Of a DNA stretch of 64,000 nt, positions 10,977 to 20,492 are shown one piece after another. Made by a program: the position numbers and the translations under genes. The DNA lies in NCBI GenBank assembly GCA_963761335.1, contig CAVXGR010000012.1, forward strand, positions 192,001 to 256,000, read 5' to 3'. The notes beneath the pieces were generated by a model. The model was not told the DNA's origin, searched no databases, and saw nothing but the letters and a program-made list of their open reading frames with translations. Within the stretch, counting starts at the first letter, position 1. Each line of letters opens with the position of its first letter. Source of the stretch: an uncultured delta proteobacterium (GTDB taxonomy: Bacteria; Desulfobacterota; Binatia; HRBIN30; BPIQ01).

Positions 10977-11732
10977 TCATCGCGGCAAGGCGATCTCCGC
11001 ATACGCGTGCGCGCAGGGCGGACCGTCGGCGTGGAAGTAGCGATATCGTCTCTCCGCAGCACTGAAGAGGAGGATCGTCGAGGAGCGCGTGCCGTACTCG
11101 CCGCGGTGCACGCAGAGATTGTTCGGGGGGCCCTCGCCGCGGGGATCGAGCGGCGTCGAGTGATCGGCGAGGATCTGCCGGAGCTTCTCGACGATCGCCT
11201 CGAGCGGCTCCGCGTCGAGGGCGCCGGCCGCTGCCGCAAACAGGCCGTGCGCCTTGGCGATGCGCGGGCAGGTCGGGTCGTTGAGATCGAGATTGGTGAG
11301 CAGGTGGACGCCGGAGGGCAGGGGGGTCACCTCGAGGCGGGGCTCGCTGTTCTGCGCCACCAGTGCCGCTTGCGGCGCCGCCACCAGCAGGTTGAAGGGG
11401 TTGTATTCCGAACCCGCCTGTCCGGTGACGAGCGCGCGCGCCGCCTCGAGATCGCGACTGCGCAGCACCTCGAGGCAGAGAAGGCCGCGCGAGCGCCGCT
11501 GCGGGTCGGGAAGCTCTCCGGTGCGGCGGTTGAGGATCCCGCAGGCGAGCTGACTCTGGCTGACACCCAGCCAGGTGCCGCCCGCGACCAGGTCGAGCCC
11601 GGCAACGACCCAGGGATGGTCGTCGATGGGCTGCGGCGCCGTGGCGGGCCGCGAGAGGAACTCGTCCCGATTGGCGGCGATCACCAGCGGGTACCGCCGC
11701 GACTGCCCCAGGTAGAGCGCCAGTGTGCACAC
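10977..11732 (-). CDS. NRDE/TANGO2 family protein
   Basis: N-terminal MC, AANRDEF, GGTWLG, SRGLL, YGTRSST. Confidence 0.93.
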   Translation of the reverse strand: MCTLALYLGQSRRYPLVIAANRDEFLSRPATAPQPIDDHPWVVAGLDLVAGGTWLGVSQSQLACGILNRRTGELPDPQRRSRGLLCLEVLRSRDLEAARALVTGQAGSEYNPFNLLVAAPQAALVAQNSEPRLEVTPLPSGVHLLTNLDLNDPTCPRIAKAHGLFAAAAGALDAEPLEAIVEKLRQILADHSTPLDPRGEGPPNNLCVHRGEYGTRSSTILLFSAAERRYRYFHADGPPCAHAYAEIALPR

Positions 11733-11822
11733 GGCGCCGATTATAGACGCAGGGCCAAGGGAAGGGCGAGGCGAACCGTCCCGCGGTGGCGCGACCTCAC
11801 ACGAAAGTGCAGACAGGTCGCA

Positions 11823-11851
11823 TTGTCTTGCCGCTAACCAGATGGTATCGT
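11823..11851 (+). promoter_or_regulatory. Putative sigma70 promoter of the MoxR-VWA operon
   Basis: TTGTCT-N17-TATCGT with extended -10 TG; RBS AGGAG at 11868-11872. Confidence 0.5.
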
Positions 11852-11878
11852 GGCAAAAATTTGACTCAGGAGCTGTGC

Positions 11879-12838
11879 GTGTTCGAGACGATTGAGGAGG
11901 TCACCAGGCGCTTCGCGGAGCAGAACTACATCTGCGACCGACGCCTGGCGACGGTGATCTTCCTGGCGACCCGACTGCAGAAGCCGATACTCGTCGAGGG
12001 TCCGGCGGGGGTGGGCAAGACCGAGCTTGCCAAGGTCCTGGCCGCGTCTCTCGACTACGAGCTGATCCGCCTGCAGTGCTACGAAGGGCTGGACGAGGCC
12101 AAGGCGCTCTACGAGTGGGAGTACGCCAAGCAGCTTCTCTACACACAGATTCTCAAGGACAAGATCGGCGAGATCGTCGGCGGAACGCGCACCCTGGCCG
12201 AGGCCGTGGAACGCATCGCCAGCGAGGACGACGTCTTCTTCTCCGACCGCTTCCTGCTGCCGCGACCGCTGCTGCGCGCCATCCACTCGAAGCATCCGAC
12301 GGTGCTGCTGATCGACGAGATCGACAAGTCGGACTCCGAGTTCGAGGCCTTCCTGCTCGAGGTGCTGAGCGACTTCCAGGTGAGCGTTCCCGAGATCGGC
12401 ACGCTGCGCGCCGACTTCATACCGCTGGTGGTGCTCACCAGCAACAACGCCCGCGAGATGTCCGACGCTCTCAAGCGCCGCTGCCTGCACCTCTACATCG
12501 ACTTTCCGCCGGCCGAGCAGGAGCTCGCCATCGTCCGCCTGAAGGTCCCCGGCATCGCCGAGCAGCTCTCCGCCGACGTCGTCGACGTGGTGCAGCGCAT
12601 CCGCCACCTCGATTTGAAGAAGGGGCCGAGCATCAGCGAGACTCTCGACTGGGCCAAGGCTCTGATGATCCTCAACATCGAGCAGCTCGATCAGGATCTG
12701 GTGAACGAGACGCTGAGCACGATCCTCAAGTACGAGGGCGACATCCGCAAGGCGCAGGACGAGCTCAAGGACTATCTGCAGAAGCAGAAGGCGAAGGCAC
12801 CGCCGGCGGCCCAGGCGGACAAGGATCTGCTCCACTAG
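11879..12838 (+). CDS. MoxR/CoxD-type AAA+ ATPase
   Basis: Walker A GPAGVGKT, RLQCYEGLD, Walker B LLIDEIDK, LSDFQVSVPE. GTG 11879 follows AGGAG. Confidence 0.93.
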   Translation: MFETIEEVTRRFAEQNYICDRRLATVIFLATRLQKPILVEGPAGVGKTELAKVLAASLDYELIRLQCYEGLDEAKALYEWEYAKQLLYTQILKDKIGEIVGGTRTLAEAVERIASEDDVFFSDRFLLPRPLLRAIHSKHPTVLLIDEIDKSDSEFEAFLLEVLSDFQVSVPEIGTLRADFIPLVVLTSNNAREMSDALKRRCLHLYIDFPPAEQELAIVRLKVPGIAEQLSADVVDVVQRIRHLDLKKGPSISETLDWAKALMILNIEQLDQDLVNETLSTILKYEGDIRKAQDELKDYLQKQKAKAPPAAQADKDLLH

Positions 12839-12855
12839 ACGCGAGGCGGCGCGGC

Positions 12856-14265
12856 ATGGATCAGCGCATCCTCGAGTTCACCAACGTCCTGCGGCAGAAC
12901 GGCGTCCGCATCTCCATGTCCGAGCACATGGACGCCTTCCACGCGCTGCAGATCGTCGGCCTCGGCGAGCGCACCGCCTTGAAGGACGTCCTCCGCGCCG
13001 CGCTGGTGAAGCGCAGCGTCGACCTGCCGGTCTACGACGAGCTCTTCGACATCTTCTTCACCGGGCTCGGGGAGATCATCAAGGGGAGCACCTCCCAGCT
13101 GCAGGCCGACATGCAGCTCACCGACGCGCAGCTGCAGAGCCTGATGGAGGCGCTGTCGCGCATCCTCGAGGAGCTCGACGTCGATCTCTCGGAGCTGGCG
13201 GAGGCGTTGCTGCGCAACGACACCGCGCGCCTCGAGCAGATGCTGCGCGAGGCGGGGGCGAAGGCCCAGATCGAGAACATCCAGCGACCCTTTCAAGAAG
13301 GGCGCTACAGCCATGCCGTGGCCCAGGCCGCCGGTCTCAACGAGCTCGCCAATGAGCTCGAGGCGCTCAAGCAGCAGCTCGACGGCGCCGCGCTGGACGC
13401 CGAGCAGCTGCAGCAGCTCAGGAAATTTCTCGATCGGCGCCTGCGCGACCTGACCGAGATCATCAAGCGCTACGTGAAGTCGGAGCTGGAGAAGCAGGAT
13501 CACACGCTGCGCGAGAACCTGCGCATGCAGAGCCTCGCGGAGAAGAGCTTCTACTATCTGTCCGAGGACGAGATCCGCCGCATGAAGGAGGCGGTCACCA
13601 AGCTGGCGCAGCGGCTGCGCAACGTCGTCGCCGTGCGCCGCAAGCGCGCCAAGCGCGGCAAGTTCGATGTCAAGGACACCTTGCGCAAGAACCTCCAGTA
13701 TGGCGGCGTGCCCTTCCGCATCCAGTTCGACCGGCGGGTTCGCGACAAGCCGCAGGTGCTCATCCTCTGCGACGTCTCCGACTCGGTGCGCAACGTCTCA
13801 CGCTTCATGCTGCAGTTCGTCTACTCCCTCCAGGATCTCTACTCGCGGGTGCGCAGCTTCATCTTCGTCAGCGACATCGGCGAGATCACCCGGCTGTTCG
13901 AGGAGCGGGACATCAACGAGGCGATCGAGGAAGCGCTCACCGGCAACATCATCAACGTCTTCGCCCACTCGGACTTCGGCCGCTCCTTTCGCAACTTTCA
14001 CCGCGATTACCTGTCCTGCGTGAACCACAAGACCTCAGTGATCATCCTCGGCGACGCGCGCAACAACTACAACCATCCGCACGAGTGGGTTCTCAAGGAG
14101 GTTCGCAGCCGCGCCAAGCAGGTGATCTGGCTCAATCCGGAGAACCGCCTCACCTGGGGATTCGGCGACAGCGAGATGGATCGTTATCAGCCGCATTGCG
14201 ACGTGGTCGAGGAGTGCCGCAACCTGAACCAGCTCTACCGCGTCATCGACCGCTTGGTCGTGTAG
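12856..14265 (+). CDS. VWA domain protein, CoxE-like
   Basis: MIDAS-like LCDVSDSV, SDFG, ILGDARNN, WLNPE; partner of the adjacent MoxR ATPase. Confidence 0.9.
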   Translation: MDQRILEFTNVLRQNGVRISMSEHMDAFHALQIVGLGERTALKDVLRAALVKRSVDLPVYDELFDIFFTGLGEIIKGSTSQLQADMQLTDAQLQSLMEALSRILEELDVDLSELAEALLRNDTARLEQMLREAGAKAQIENIQRPFQEGRYSHAVAQAAGLNELANELEALKQQLDGAALDAEQLQQLRKFLDRRLRDLTEIIKRYVKSELEKQDHTLRENLRMQSLAEKSFYYLSEDEIRRMKEAVTKLAQRLRNVVAVRRKRAKRGKFDVKDTLRKNLQYGGVPFRIQFDRRVRDKPQVLILCDVSDSVRNVSRFMLQFVYSLQDLYSRVRSFIFVSDIGEITRLFEERDINEAIEEALTGNIINVFAHSDFGRSFRNFHRDYLSCVNHKTSVIILGDARNNYNHPHEWVLKEVRSRAKQVIWLNPENRLTWGFGDSEMDRYQPHCDVVEECRNLNQLYRVIDRLVV

Positions 14266-14345
14266 ACTTCCTCGCGGAGAAAGGCATTGACCTCTTCGGA
14301 GCTTTTGGTTCAGAATGAAGCGCCACGATCGAGGAGAGCGGCTGC

Positions 14346-14858
14346 ATGCGCGATGATGTAATCCTGATGAGTGTTGGAGGGCTGACGCTCGATCCCGTAA
14401 CCAAGACGCCGATTGTGATCCTCAAGGACCCCGACAACAAGCTGAACCTGCCCATCTGGATTGGCCTGCTGGAAGCCACCGCCATGGCCACCGAGCTCGA
14501 GGGCATCGAGATGGCCCGACCGATGACCCACGATCTGCTGCGCAACATCATCGGCGAGATCGGCGCCAAGGTCGAGTCCGTGGAGATCACCGACCTCCGC
14601 GACAACACCTACTTTGCGCTGATCCATCTCACGCTCAGCGACAACCAGCTGACCGTCGACGCGCGCCCCAGCGACGCCATCTCCCTGGCGCTGCGCACCA
14701 AGAGCCCCATCTACGTCGCCAAACGCGTCCTGGAAAGCTCCAGCGTGCTCCAGCAGATGGAAGAGAACGCCGAGACCAACCTCTCGAACGTCTCCCGCGA
14801 CAAGTGGTCCGAGATTCTCGAGAAAATGACCCCGGACGACTTCAAGTACAAGATGTAA
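14346..14858 (+). CDS. Bifunctional nuclease family protein (DUF151)
   Basis: LPIWIGLLEATA, RPMTHDLL, DARPSDAISLALR. Confidence 0.93.
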   Translation: MRDDVILMSVGGLTLDPVTKTPIVILKDPDNKLNLPIWIGLLEATAMATELEGIEMARPMTHDLLRNIIGEIGAKVESVEITDLRDNTYFALIHLTLSDNQLTVDARPSDAISLALRTKSPIYVAKRVLESSSVLQQMEENAETNLSNVSRDKWSEILEKMTPDDFKYKM

Positions 14859-14895
14859 TTCTTCACCAAATCTCAATACGAAAGAAGAGATTTCC

Positions 14896-15552
14896 GTGCC
14901 GTCAACTGCCCGTATTCGGCGCAAAGATCTGCGCCGTCCCGACGAGTTCGTCACTCTGACCAACCGCTCCATGGCCTACGTCAAGGAGCATTCGCGCCAG
15001 GTCGGCTGGATCGCCGCCGTAGCGGCGGTGGCCCTGATTGCGGTGATTGCCTTCTTCTCGGCGCGCAGCAACCAGGCACGGCGCGCCAGCGACGTTCTCG
15101 GCCGCGGCCTCGGCGCCTTCAAGGGCGGCAACTACGAGGAGGCGATTGCCGAGTTCCGCAACTACGGCGACGAGTCGAGCCACAGCCCGATCGGTCCGCC
15201 ACAGCTCTACGTGGGCGAGGCGCAGCTGGCCACGGGCAAGTACGACGACGCCGCCGCGGCGCTGCAGAAGGCCGCCCCGGAAGCGCAGGTGCCGTACGTG
15301 CGCCAGTCGGGTCTGGTGTCGCTCGGGTACGCTCTCGAGGAGAAGAAGGATTACGCCGGCGCCGCCGATCGCTTTCACGCGGCGGCGGAGATCTCCGGTC
15401 CGTACACGGCGGTTGCGGTTCTCGGCGAGGCCCGCAACCGCGAGCTCGCCGGCGACAAGGCCGCCGCCAAGGAAGCCTACAGCCGCTACATCCAGGAGTA
15501 CCCGCAGGCGCCGGAGCGCGCCATGGCCGAAGCGCGCCGCGACCGGCTGTAG
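14896..15552 (+). CDS. Membrane-anchored TPR protein (YfgM-like)
   Basis: RKDLRRPDEF, single TM helix, TPR-like helices. Confidence 0.75.
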   Translation: MPSTARIRRKDLRRPDEFVTLTNRSMAYVKEHSRQVGWIAAVAAVALIAVIAFFSARSNQARRASDVLGRGLGAFKGGNYEEAIAEFRNYGDESSHSPIGPPQLYVGEAQLATGKYDDAAAALQKAAPEAQVPYVRQSGLVSLGYALEEKKDYAGAADRFHAAAEISGPYTAVAVLGEARNRELAGDKAAAKEAYSRYIQEYPQAPERAMAEARRDRL

Positions 15553-15560
15553 GGAAGGGC

Positions 15561-15698
15561 GTTGGGTGTTGGGGTGCTGGGTGTTGGGGGAAAAAGGACA
15601 TCCCGAGCCAACTTAACGTAACATATCTTATCAGACGTTCCGGCCGCACCGTTAGCCTCTCGGTCGGCTCCCCGAACCTAACAACCTAAAGACCCAAC
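15561..15698. repeat. REP-like imperfect inverted repeat built from short GT/AC-rich units
   Basis: GTTGGGTGTTGGGGTGCTGGGTGTTGGGGG (15561-15590) versus CCCCGAACCTAACAACCTAAAGACCCAAC (15670-15698), between convergent genes. Confidence 0.55.
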
Positions 15699-15712
15699 AA
15701 CCTGCCTCTCTC

Positions 15713-16867
15713 TCAGCTTTCCCGCTGCGCGGGATCGAAGAGCTTGGCGTGTTCCTCGACGGCGAAGCGGTCGGTCATGCCGGCGATGTAATCGGCGACC
15801 ACCCGGGCGATCGTCTCGCCGCTCTGGCAGCGGCGCAGGATGTGCGGCGGCAGCTGCCGGGGCTCCTCCATGTAGGCCTCGAAGAGCATCTGCATGGCCC
15901 GCTGCGCCTTGCGCGTCATGCGGATCACCCGCGGGTGCATGTAGAGGTTCTCCATCAGGAACACCTTGAGCGCCACCACCTTGGGTGCCAGCTCCGAGCT
16001 GAAGCCGACCAGCGGCTGGCGCTGCTGGCGAACGGCGGCGAGCGAGCTGATGCCGTGCTCCTCGAGACGCCCTCGCACCGTCCCCAGCAGATCAGTGACC
16101 AGGCGGTCGATCAGCAGCCGGATCCCCTGGTAGCGCTCGATCCCCGCTTCCAGATGGGGGTGGCGTTCGCGCACCGCCGAGACGCACTCCTGCCACAGAT
16201 CCACCTGCTCGAGCGCCGCCGCATCGAGCATCTGCGACTCGAGCCCGTCGTCGATGTCGTGGCTGTTGTAGGCGATCTCGTCGGCGTGGTCGACGATCTG
16301 TGCCTCCAGCGACGGCGCCAGGCCGGGATCGTACGCCGCCGCCAGCGGCCGGTCGTACGGCGGTGAGTGCTTGACGATTCCCTCGCGCACCTCGTAAGTG
16401 AGATTGAGGCCGTCGAATTCGGGATAGCGGCGCTCCAGCCGCTCGACGATGCGCAGGCTCTGGGCGTTGTGCTCAAAGCCGCCGTACGGCTGCATCAGCT
16501 GGTTCAGGATGCGCTCGCCGGCGTGGCCGAAGGGCGTGTGCCCGAGGTCGTGCGACAGCGCCACCGCCTCCGCCAGATCCTCGTTCAGCCGCAGCGCCCG
16601 CGCCAGGGTGCGCGCGATCTGCGCCGCCTCCATGGTGTGCGTCAGGCGCGTGCGGTAGTAGTCCCCTTCATGATTGACGAACACCTGCGTCTTGTACTCG
16701 AGCCGCCGAAAGGCCGACGAGTGCACGATGCGATCGCGGTCGCGCTGGAACGCCGTGCGCATCGGATGCTCCGGCTCCGGATGCGCGCGCCCGCGGCTGG
16801 TGTGGCTGTGGGCCGCGTAGGGCGCCAGAACACGCTCCTCGAAGTCGTCGCCGCGGCGCTCTGCCAT
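15713..16867 (-). CDS. dgt: Deoxyguanosinetriphosphate triphosphohydrolase (HD family)
   Basis: FQRDRDRIVHSSAFRRL, RTRLTH, HDLGHTPFGHAGE, ADEIAY, DYIAGMTD. Start ATG 16867. Confidence 0.95.
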   Translation of the reverse strand: MAERRGDDFEERVLAPYAAHSHTSRGRAHPEPEHPMRTAFQRDRDRIVHSSAFRRLEYKTQVFVNHEGDYYRTRLTHTMEAAQIARTLARALRLNEDLAEAVALSHDLGHTPFGHAGERILNQLMQPYGGFEHNAQSLRIVERLERRYPEFDGLNLTYEVREGIVKHSPPYDRPLAAAYDPGLAPSLEAQIVDHADEIAYNSHDIDDGLESQMLDAAALEQVDLWQECVSAVRERHPHLEAGIERYQGIRLLIDRLVTDLLGTVRGRLEEHGISSLAAVRQQRQPLVGFSSELAPKVVALKVFLMENLYMHPRVIRMTRKAQRAMQMLFEAYMEEPRQLPPHILRRCQSGETIARVVADYIAGMTDRFAVEEHAKLFDPAQRES

Positions 16868-17158
16868 TGCCCTGCGGTATAGACCCGCGGCGACGGCGCA
16901 GGCAAGTCGGGCGCCGCATTGCCGCCGCCGAGCGCCATCGCGCCGACGCTCGCCGCCGCACATGCCATGCGCGACGGGCACCCGCGGCCGCCGCTTCACT
17001 CGGGGTGAGCCGACACCCTCCCCTCGCCCGACATTGGTAAGGAGTTTGCTCGGTAGACAGCGCATGCGGCACGCCTGGTCTACCCTTGACATCCGTGGCG
17101 CCGAAGGCGATGACCTGCGGACCGATGATCATCTACCGGCCAGGCTGGCCGACGGAAC

Positions 17159-18070
17159 ATGAACAGCGAACGTCCGGTCATCCTGGCTGTGTCGAGCTCG
17201 GAGCAGCAGCGCGAGACCGTTGCCATCATGCTCGATCCGGGCTTCGAGGTGATCACCGTCGCTTCGCTGGAGGGATCCCGCGGCGCGCCGCGGCGCCCCC
17301 TGGTCATCGTCCTCTCGCCGGACAGCTGGGACGAGCTGCTGCTCGAGGAGGCGCGCGCCCGCTGGCCGCAAACCCCTCTCGTCCTCGTCGATCCCTCCGA
17401 AGGTGTGCGCCGCTGCCATCCCGACGCCCTGGTCGCCACTTGGAGCGATCCCTTCTCCCTGCCGCTGGCGGTGGCCTGCGCCGTCCGCGAGCCGGAGACG
17501 CGCCTCCCGCCACCGGAAGCGCTGCGTTTCCTGGAGCGCGCTGCCGCCGAGCTGCGCCCGGCGCTGCGGCGCTCGCAGATGATGGCGCAGCTCGCCGATC
17601 TCGCCTCGCTTCCCGCATCGAGGCAGGCGACCGCCAGCCTCCTGCGCGAGCAGCTCGCGGCGTTGCTCGAGCGGCTCGTCTGGGTCGATGCGGCCGCTCC
17701 CTCCGCTTCGGCGGTGCGCGAGCTCGATTTCGCCGCGGCACTGGCCGCGGAGATCGACGCGGAGGCGACGCGTTTCGCCTGTCGCGGGCTGTGGCCGCGC
17801 TGGCGCCATCGCGACCGTTTCATCGTGCGGGGCGCTCCGGAATGGATCGGCGCGGCGGCTCGCTGTCTGCGCACCTTCCTGCTCGAGCTCGGCGGCGCCG
17901 GCGACATCGTCATCGAATCCCGCTCCTCGGCGCTCATCTGCCACCACGATCAACTCGACGCCGGCTGCCAGACCCTCGCACTGGCGGTGGCGCGGCGGCT
18001 GCTCGCCTCGACCGGCGCCGAGATGCATCTCGATCCCGGCCAGCTGCGCATCGTCACCCCAACTTCGTGA
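17159..18070 (+). CDS. Hypothetical protein with degenerate receiver-like N-terminus and degenerate HisKA/HATPase-like C-terminus
   Basis: PVILAVSS...FEVITV N-terminus; LALAVARRLLASTGAEM C-terminus; catalytic motifs are absent. Confidence 0.55.
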   Translation: MNSERPVILAVSSSEQQRETVAIMLDPGFEVITVASLEGSRGAPRRPLVIVLSPDSWDELLLEEARARWPQTPLVLVDPSEGVRRCHPDALVATWSDPFSLPLAVACAVREPETRLPPPEALRFLERAAAELRPALRRSQMMAQLADLASLPASRQATASLLREQLAALLERLVWVDAAAPSASAVRELDFAAALAAEIDAEATRFACRGLWPRWRHRDRFIVRGAPEWIGAAARCLRTFLLELGGAGDIVIESRSSALICHHDQLDAGCQTLALAVARRLLASTGAEMHLDPGQLRIVTPTS

Positions 18071-18101
18071 TGCCGCCGACCACCACCGGGCGAGGCCGAC
18101 C

Positions 18102-19070
18102 GTGAGGGTCGCCGACGTCATCCACTTCGGGCGCGTGCGCCGCAGAATCGCCCGACAGTGGGACGACCTGCGCGTCGCCCGCGGCCTGAGCGGCATCTCC
18201 AGCCTGGTCTTCCACCCGCCGCCCGGCCGCGAGCTGATCGACCTGGTGCTGCCGCTCGTCGGCTCGGTGACGCAGGCGGTGACGGCGATCTTCCCGGTTC
18301 CGGCGGGCCGCGGGCGCCTGCGTGTCGTCCCCCCTCCGCGCCCGCTGGCGGCCGCCGAGCGCGCCCTGGTGGCACTGCTGGCGGCCGCCAGCCTCAGCCC
18401 GGAAGACGATGCGCCGCTGCAGCTCGCCCTGCAGCGGCGCAGCGCCGAGCGCGGCGTCGATCTGCAGCGCGTGCTGAGCGCCGCCGAGAGCTCGCTGCCC
18501 CGGGCGGTCCGCGATCGCCTGCTGGAGAAGCTGCAGCCGACCCCGTACGTGGTCGTCCCGGTGCTCCGCAGCGGCGCCGTCGAGGCCCTCCTGATCGCCG
18601 CGCTCGACGCGGAAGGCGACGGCGACGAGCTCGGCGGCAACCTGCAGCGGATCGCCACGCGCCTGACCCTCGGTGAGCCCCTGCAGCGCCGGAAGACCCG
18701 CGCCGCCGAGAAGCGGCGGCCACGGCGCAAGCCGCCCTATGACGCCGAGATCGTGCTCTGGCTCGATGCCGAAGGCCTGGTCGCCAGCAAGGAGGAGCTC
18801 CAGGAAGAGTGGCACCTGGAAGCGCCTGCCTCGCTCGCGGAGATCCTCGGGGAGAGCTTGCTGCAGAAGCGACTGGAGCTGGCGCAGCGGCAGGGGCAGA
18901 CGGATACCGAGCCGGTCATCCTGCCGGACGGCACCCCGGCACAGCTGTCGCTGGTGGCCTTGACGGATGCCGACGGCAACGTCTGGGGCTACGCCGCCCT
19001 GCTCCGCCGTACCCTCCGCGCCCTCACTCCGGTGACGAGACCTTCTCCACCAGCATCTGCTCCCCGTTGA
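18102..19070 (+). CDS. Hypothetical protein with GAF/PAS-like fragments
   Basis: YVVVPVLRSGAVEALL (GAF-like); WLDAEG...LSLVALTDADGNVWGYAALLR (PAS/PAC-like). Start uncertain, GTG 18102 used. Confidence 0.55.
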   Translation: MRVADVIHFGRVRRRIARQWDDLRVARGLSGISSLVFHPPPGRELIDLVLPLVGSVTQAVTAIFPVPAGRGRLRVVPPPRPLAAAERALVALLAAASLSPEDDAPLQLALQRRSAERGVDLQRVLSAAESSLPRAVRDRLLEKLQPTPYVVVPVLRSGAVEALLIAALDAEGDGDELGGNLQRIATRLTLGEPLQRRKTRAAEKRRPRRKPPYDAEIVLWLDAEGLVASKEELQEEWHLEAPASLAEILGESLLQKRLELAQRQGQTDTEPVILPDGTPAQLSLVALTDADGNVWGYAALLRRTLRALTPVTRPSPPASAPR

Positions 19071-20481
19071 TCCGCCAGCCTGCGGGCGTGCTCTCCCAGC
19101 TCAGCTCCTTGGCGCCCGTCGATATCTGCAGCGCCGAGCGATAGCGCTGCTGCGTCAGGGTGACGGCTCCGTCTCCCGTCAGCAACACCACCGCCGGAGC
19201 CGAGTGCTCGACCGAGACGTCGCCGCTCAGCGAGAAGATTCGCTGGCGCTGCTGCACCCACGACTCGTGGCTGCCCTGCGGCGCATAGGAAGAAATGTAG
19301 CTGTCGATGTAGGCGTTGAGATCCTTGTGGTCCCAGGCGCTCGACCACGCGTGAAAGGCGGCCAGCAGCTGCTCGCGCACCGAGGCATCCTGGCCCGAGG
19401 ACACGCCGTCGAGACTGGAGGTCACCAGGATCGGCGTGAGGTATGGCTCGACCGCTTCGGAGACGCGCTGCAGATCCGCCTCCGACAGCAGCACGGCGGT
19501 CGAAGACTTTCCCGCGGCGCGCAGCGTGAGCGATGGCCCCTGCCCGGCCACCGCCTGCAGCGTCAGCTTGCCGTTGCTGCCGCTGGCGACGTAGAGCGTG
19601 TCCGCCGAGGGAAGTCGCGACCCGGCGGCGATCGGAAAGCCGACCAGCAGCCGCACCGCATCCCCCTTCTGCTCGTAGAGCCAGAGGTGATCGCCGGCGA
19701 TGACCACGCCGTGCGCGCCCGCCGGGCCCAGCGCCAGAAACTGTCGTGGCTGCTGCCCGGCCATCGCCGCGGCGCCCGGCGCCGCCTGCGGAGAGGCCGC
19801 GGCCACGGCCGGCGTCGCGATCGGCGCCGGGGGCACCGTCGGCTTGCTTTCCGCCTGCGCATGCGATTCCGGCGGCGTTGCTGCCTCGCCGCCACTCGAG
19901 GCCAGCAGTCGCGCCCGATCGAGCAACGCCGCGCGCTCATCCGCGGGAGCGGCCGCGGCCGCCTCCACGAAGGCTTCGCTCGCCAGCCGCGCGTAGAGCT
20001 CGGCCAGGTTCTTGCGCCCGCGATAGTAGTCCGGCCGCAGCTCCAGAACCCGCTGCAGCTCGGTGAGCGCCTGCGCGTTCTTTCCCTGCTCGGCGTAGAT
20101 CACGGCGAGATTGTTGTGTGCCTCGAAGGACTGCGGGTCCTGGCGAATGACCGCCTGGAAGTGCTGCGCGGCCCGATCGAGATCGCCCTTCGACATCGCC
20201 AGCAAGCCGGCGGTGAACTCCTTCGCCGGGTCGACGGCCGCGTCCGTGCCGGACTTCTTGCCGGCGCCCGCCTCCGGATCGCCGCCGGCGGCGATCCGGT
20301 CGGCCTCGGCGAGGACCTTCGTCGCTTCGTCGAGCTTCCCCTGTTGGCGCAGCTGCAACGCCTTCTGGGTCAGCTGACGAATGCGGTCCTCGCGGCGCTG
20401 CTCGCCAGCCGACGCTTGCAGCGCTCCACCGAGCACCACGGCCAACACCACTCCCACCACGATCGTTCGCATCTCTTCCAC
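19024..20481 (-). CDS. Secreted TPR protein with degenerate L,D-transpeptidase-like middle and NTF2-like C-terminal domain (Csd6-like architecture)
   Basis: Signal peptide; TPR EAHNNLAVIYAEQG; WSSAWDHKDLNAYIDSY...QRYRS...KELSW...WRINGE. Confidence 0.7.
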   Translation of the reverse strand: MEEMRTIVVGVVLAVVLGGALQASAGEQRREDRIRQLTQKALQLRQQGKLDEATKVLAEADRIAAGGDPEAGAGKKSGTDAAVDPAKEFTAGLLAMSKGDLDRAAQHFQAVIRQDPQSFEAHNNLAVIYAEQGKNAQALTELQRVLELRPDYYRGRKNLAELYARLASEAFVEAAAAAPADERAALLDRARLLASSGGEAATPPESHAQAESKPTVPPAPIATPAVAAASPQAAPGAAAMAGQQPRQFLALGPAGAHGVVIAGDHLWLYEQKGDAVRLLVGFPIAAGSRLPSADTLYVASGSNGKLTLQAVAGQGPSLTLRAAGKSSTAVLLSEADLQRVSEAVEPYLTPILVTSSLDGVSSGQDASVREQLLAAFHAWSSAWDHKDLNAYIDSYISSYAPQGSHESWVQQRQRIFSLSGDVSVEHSAPAVVLLTGDGAVTLTQQRYRSALQISTGAKELSWESTPAGWRINGEQMLVEKVSSPE

Positions 20482-20492
20482 TCCCTGTGTTC

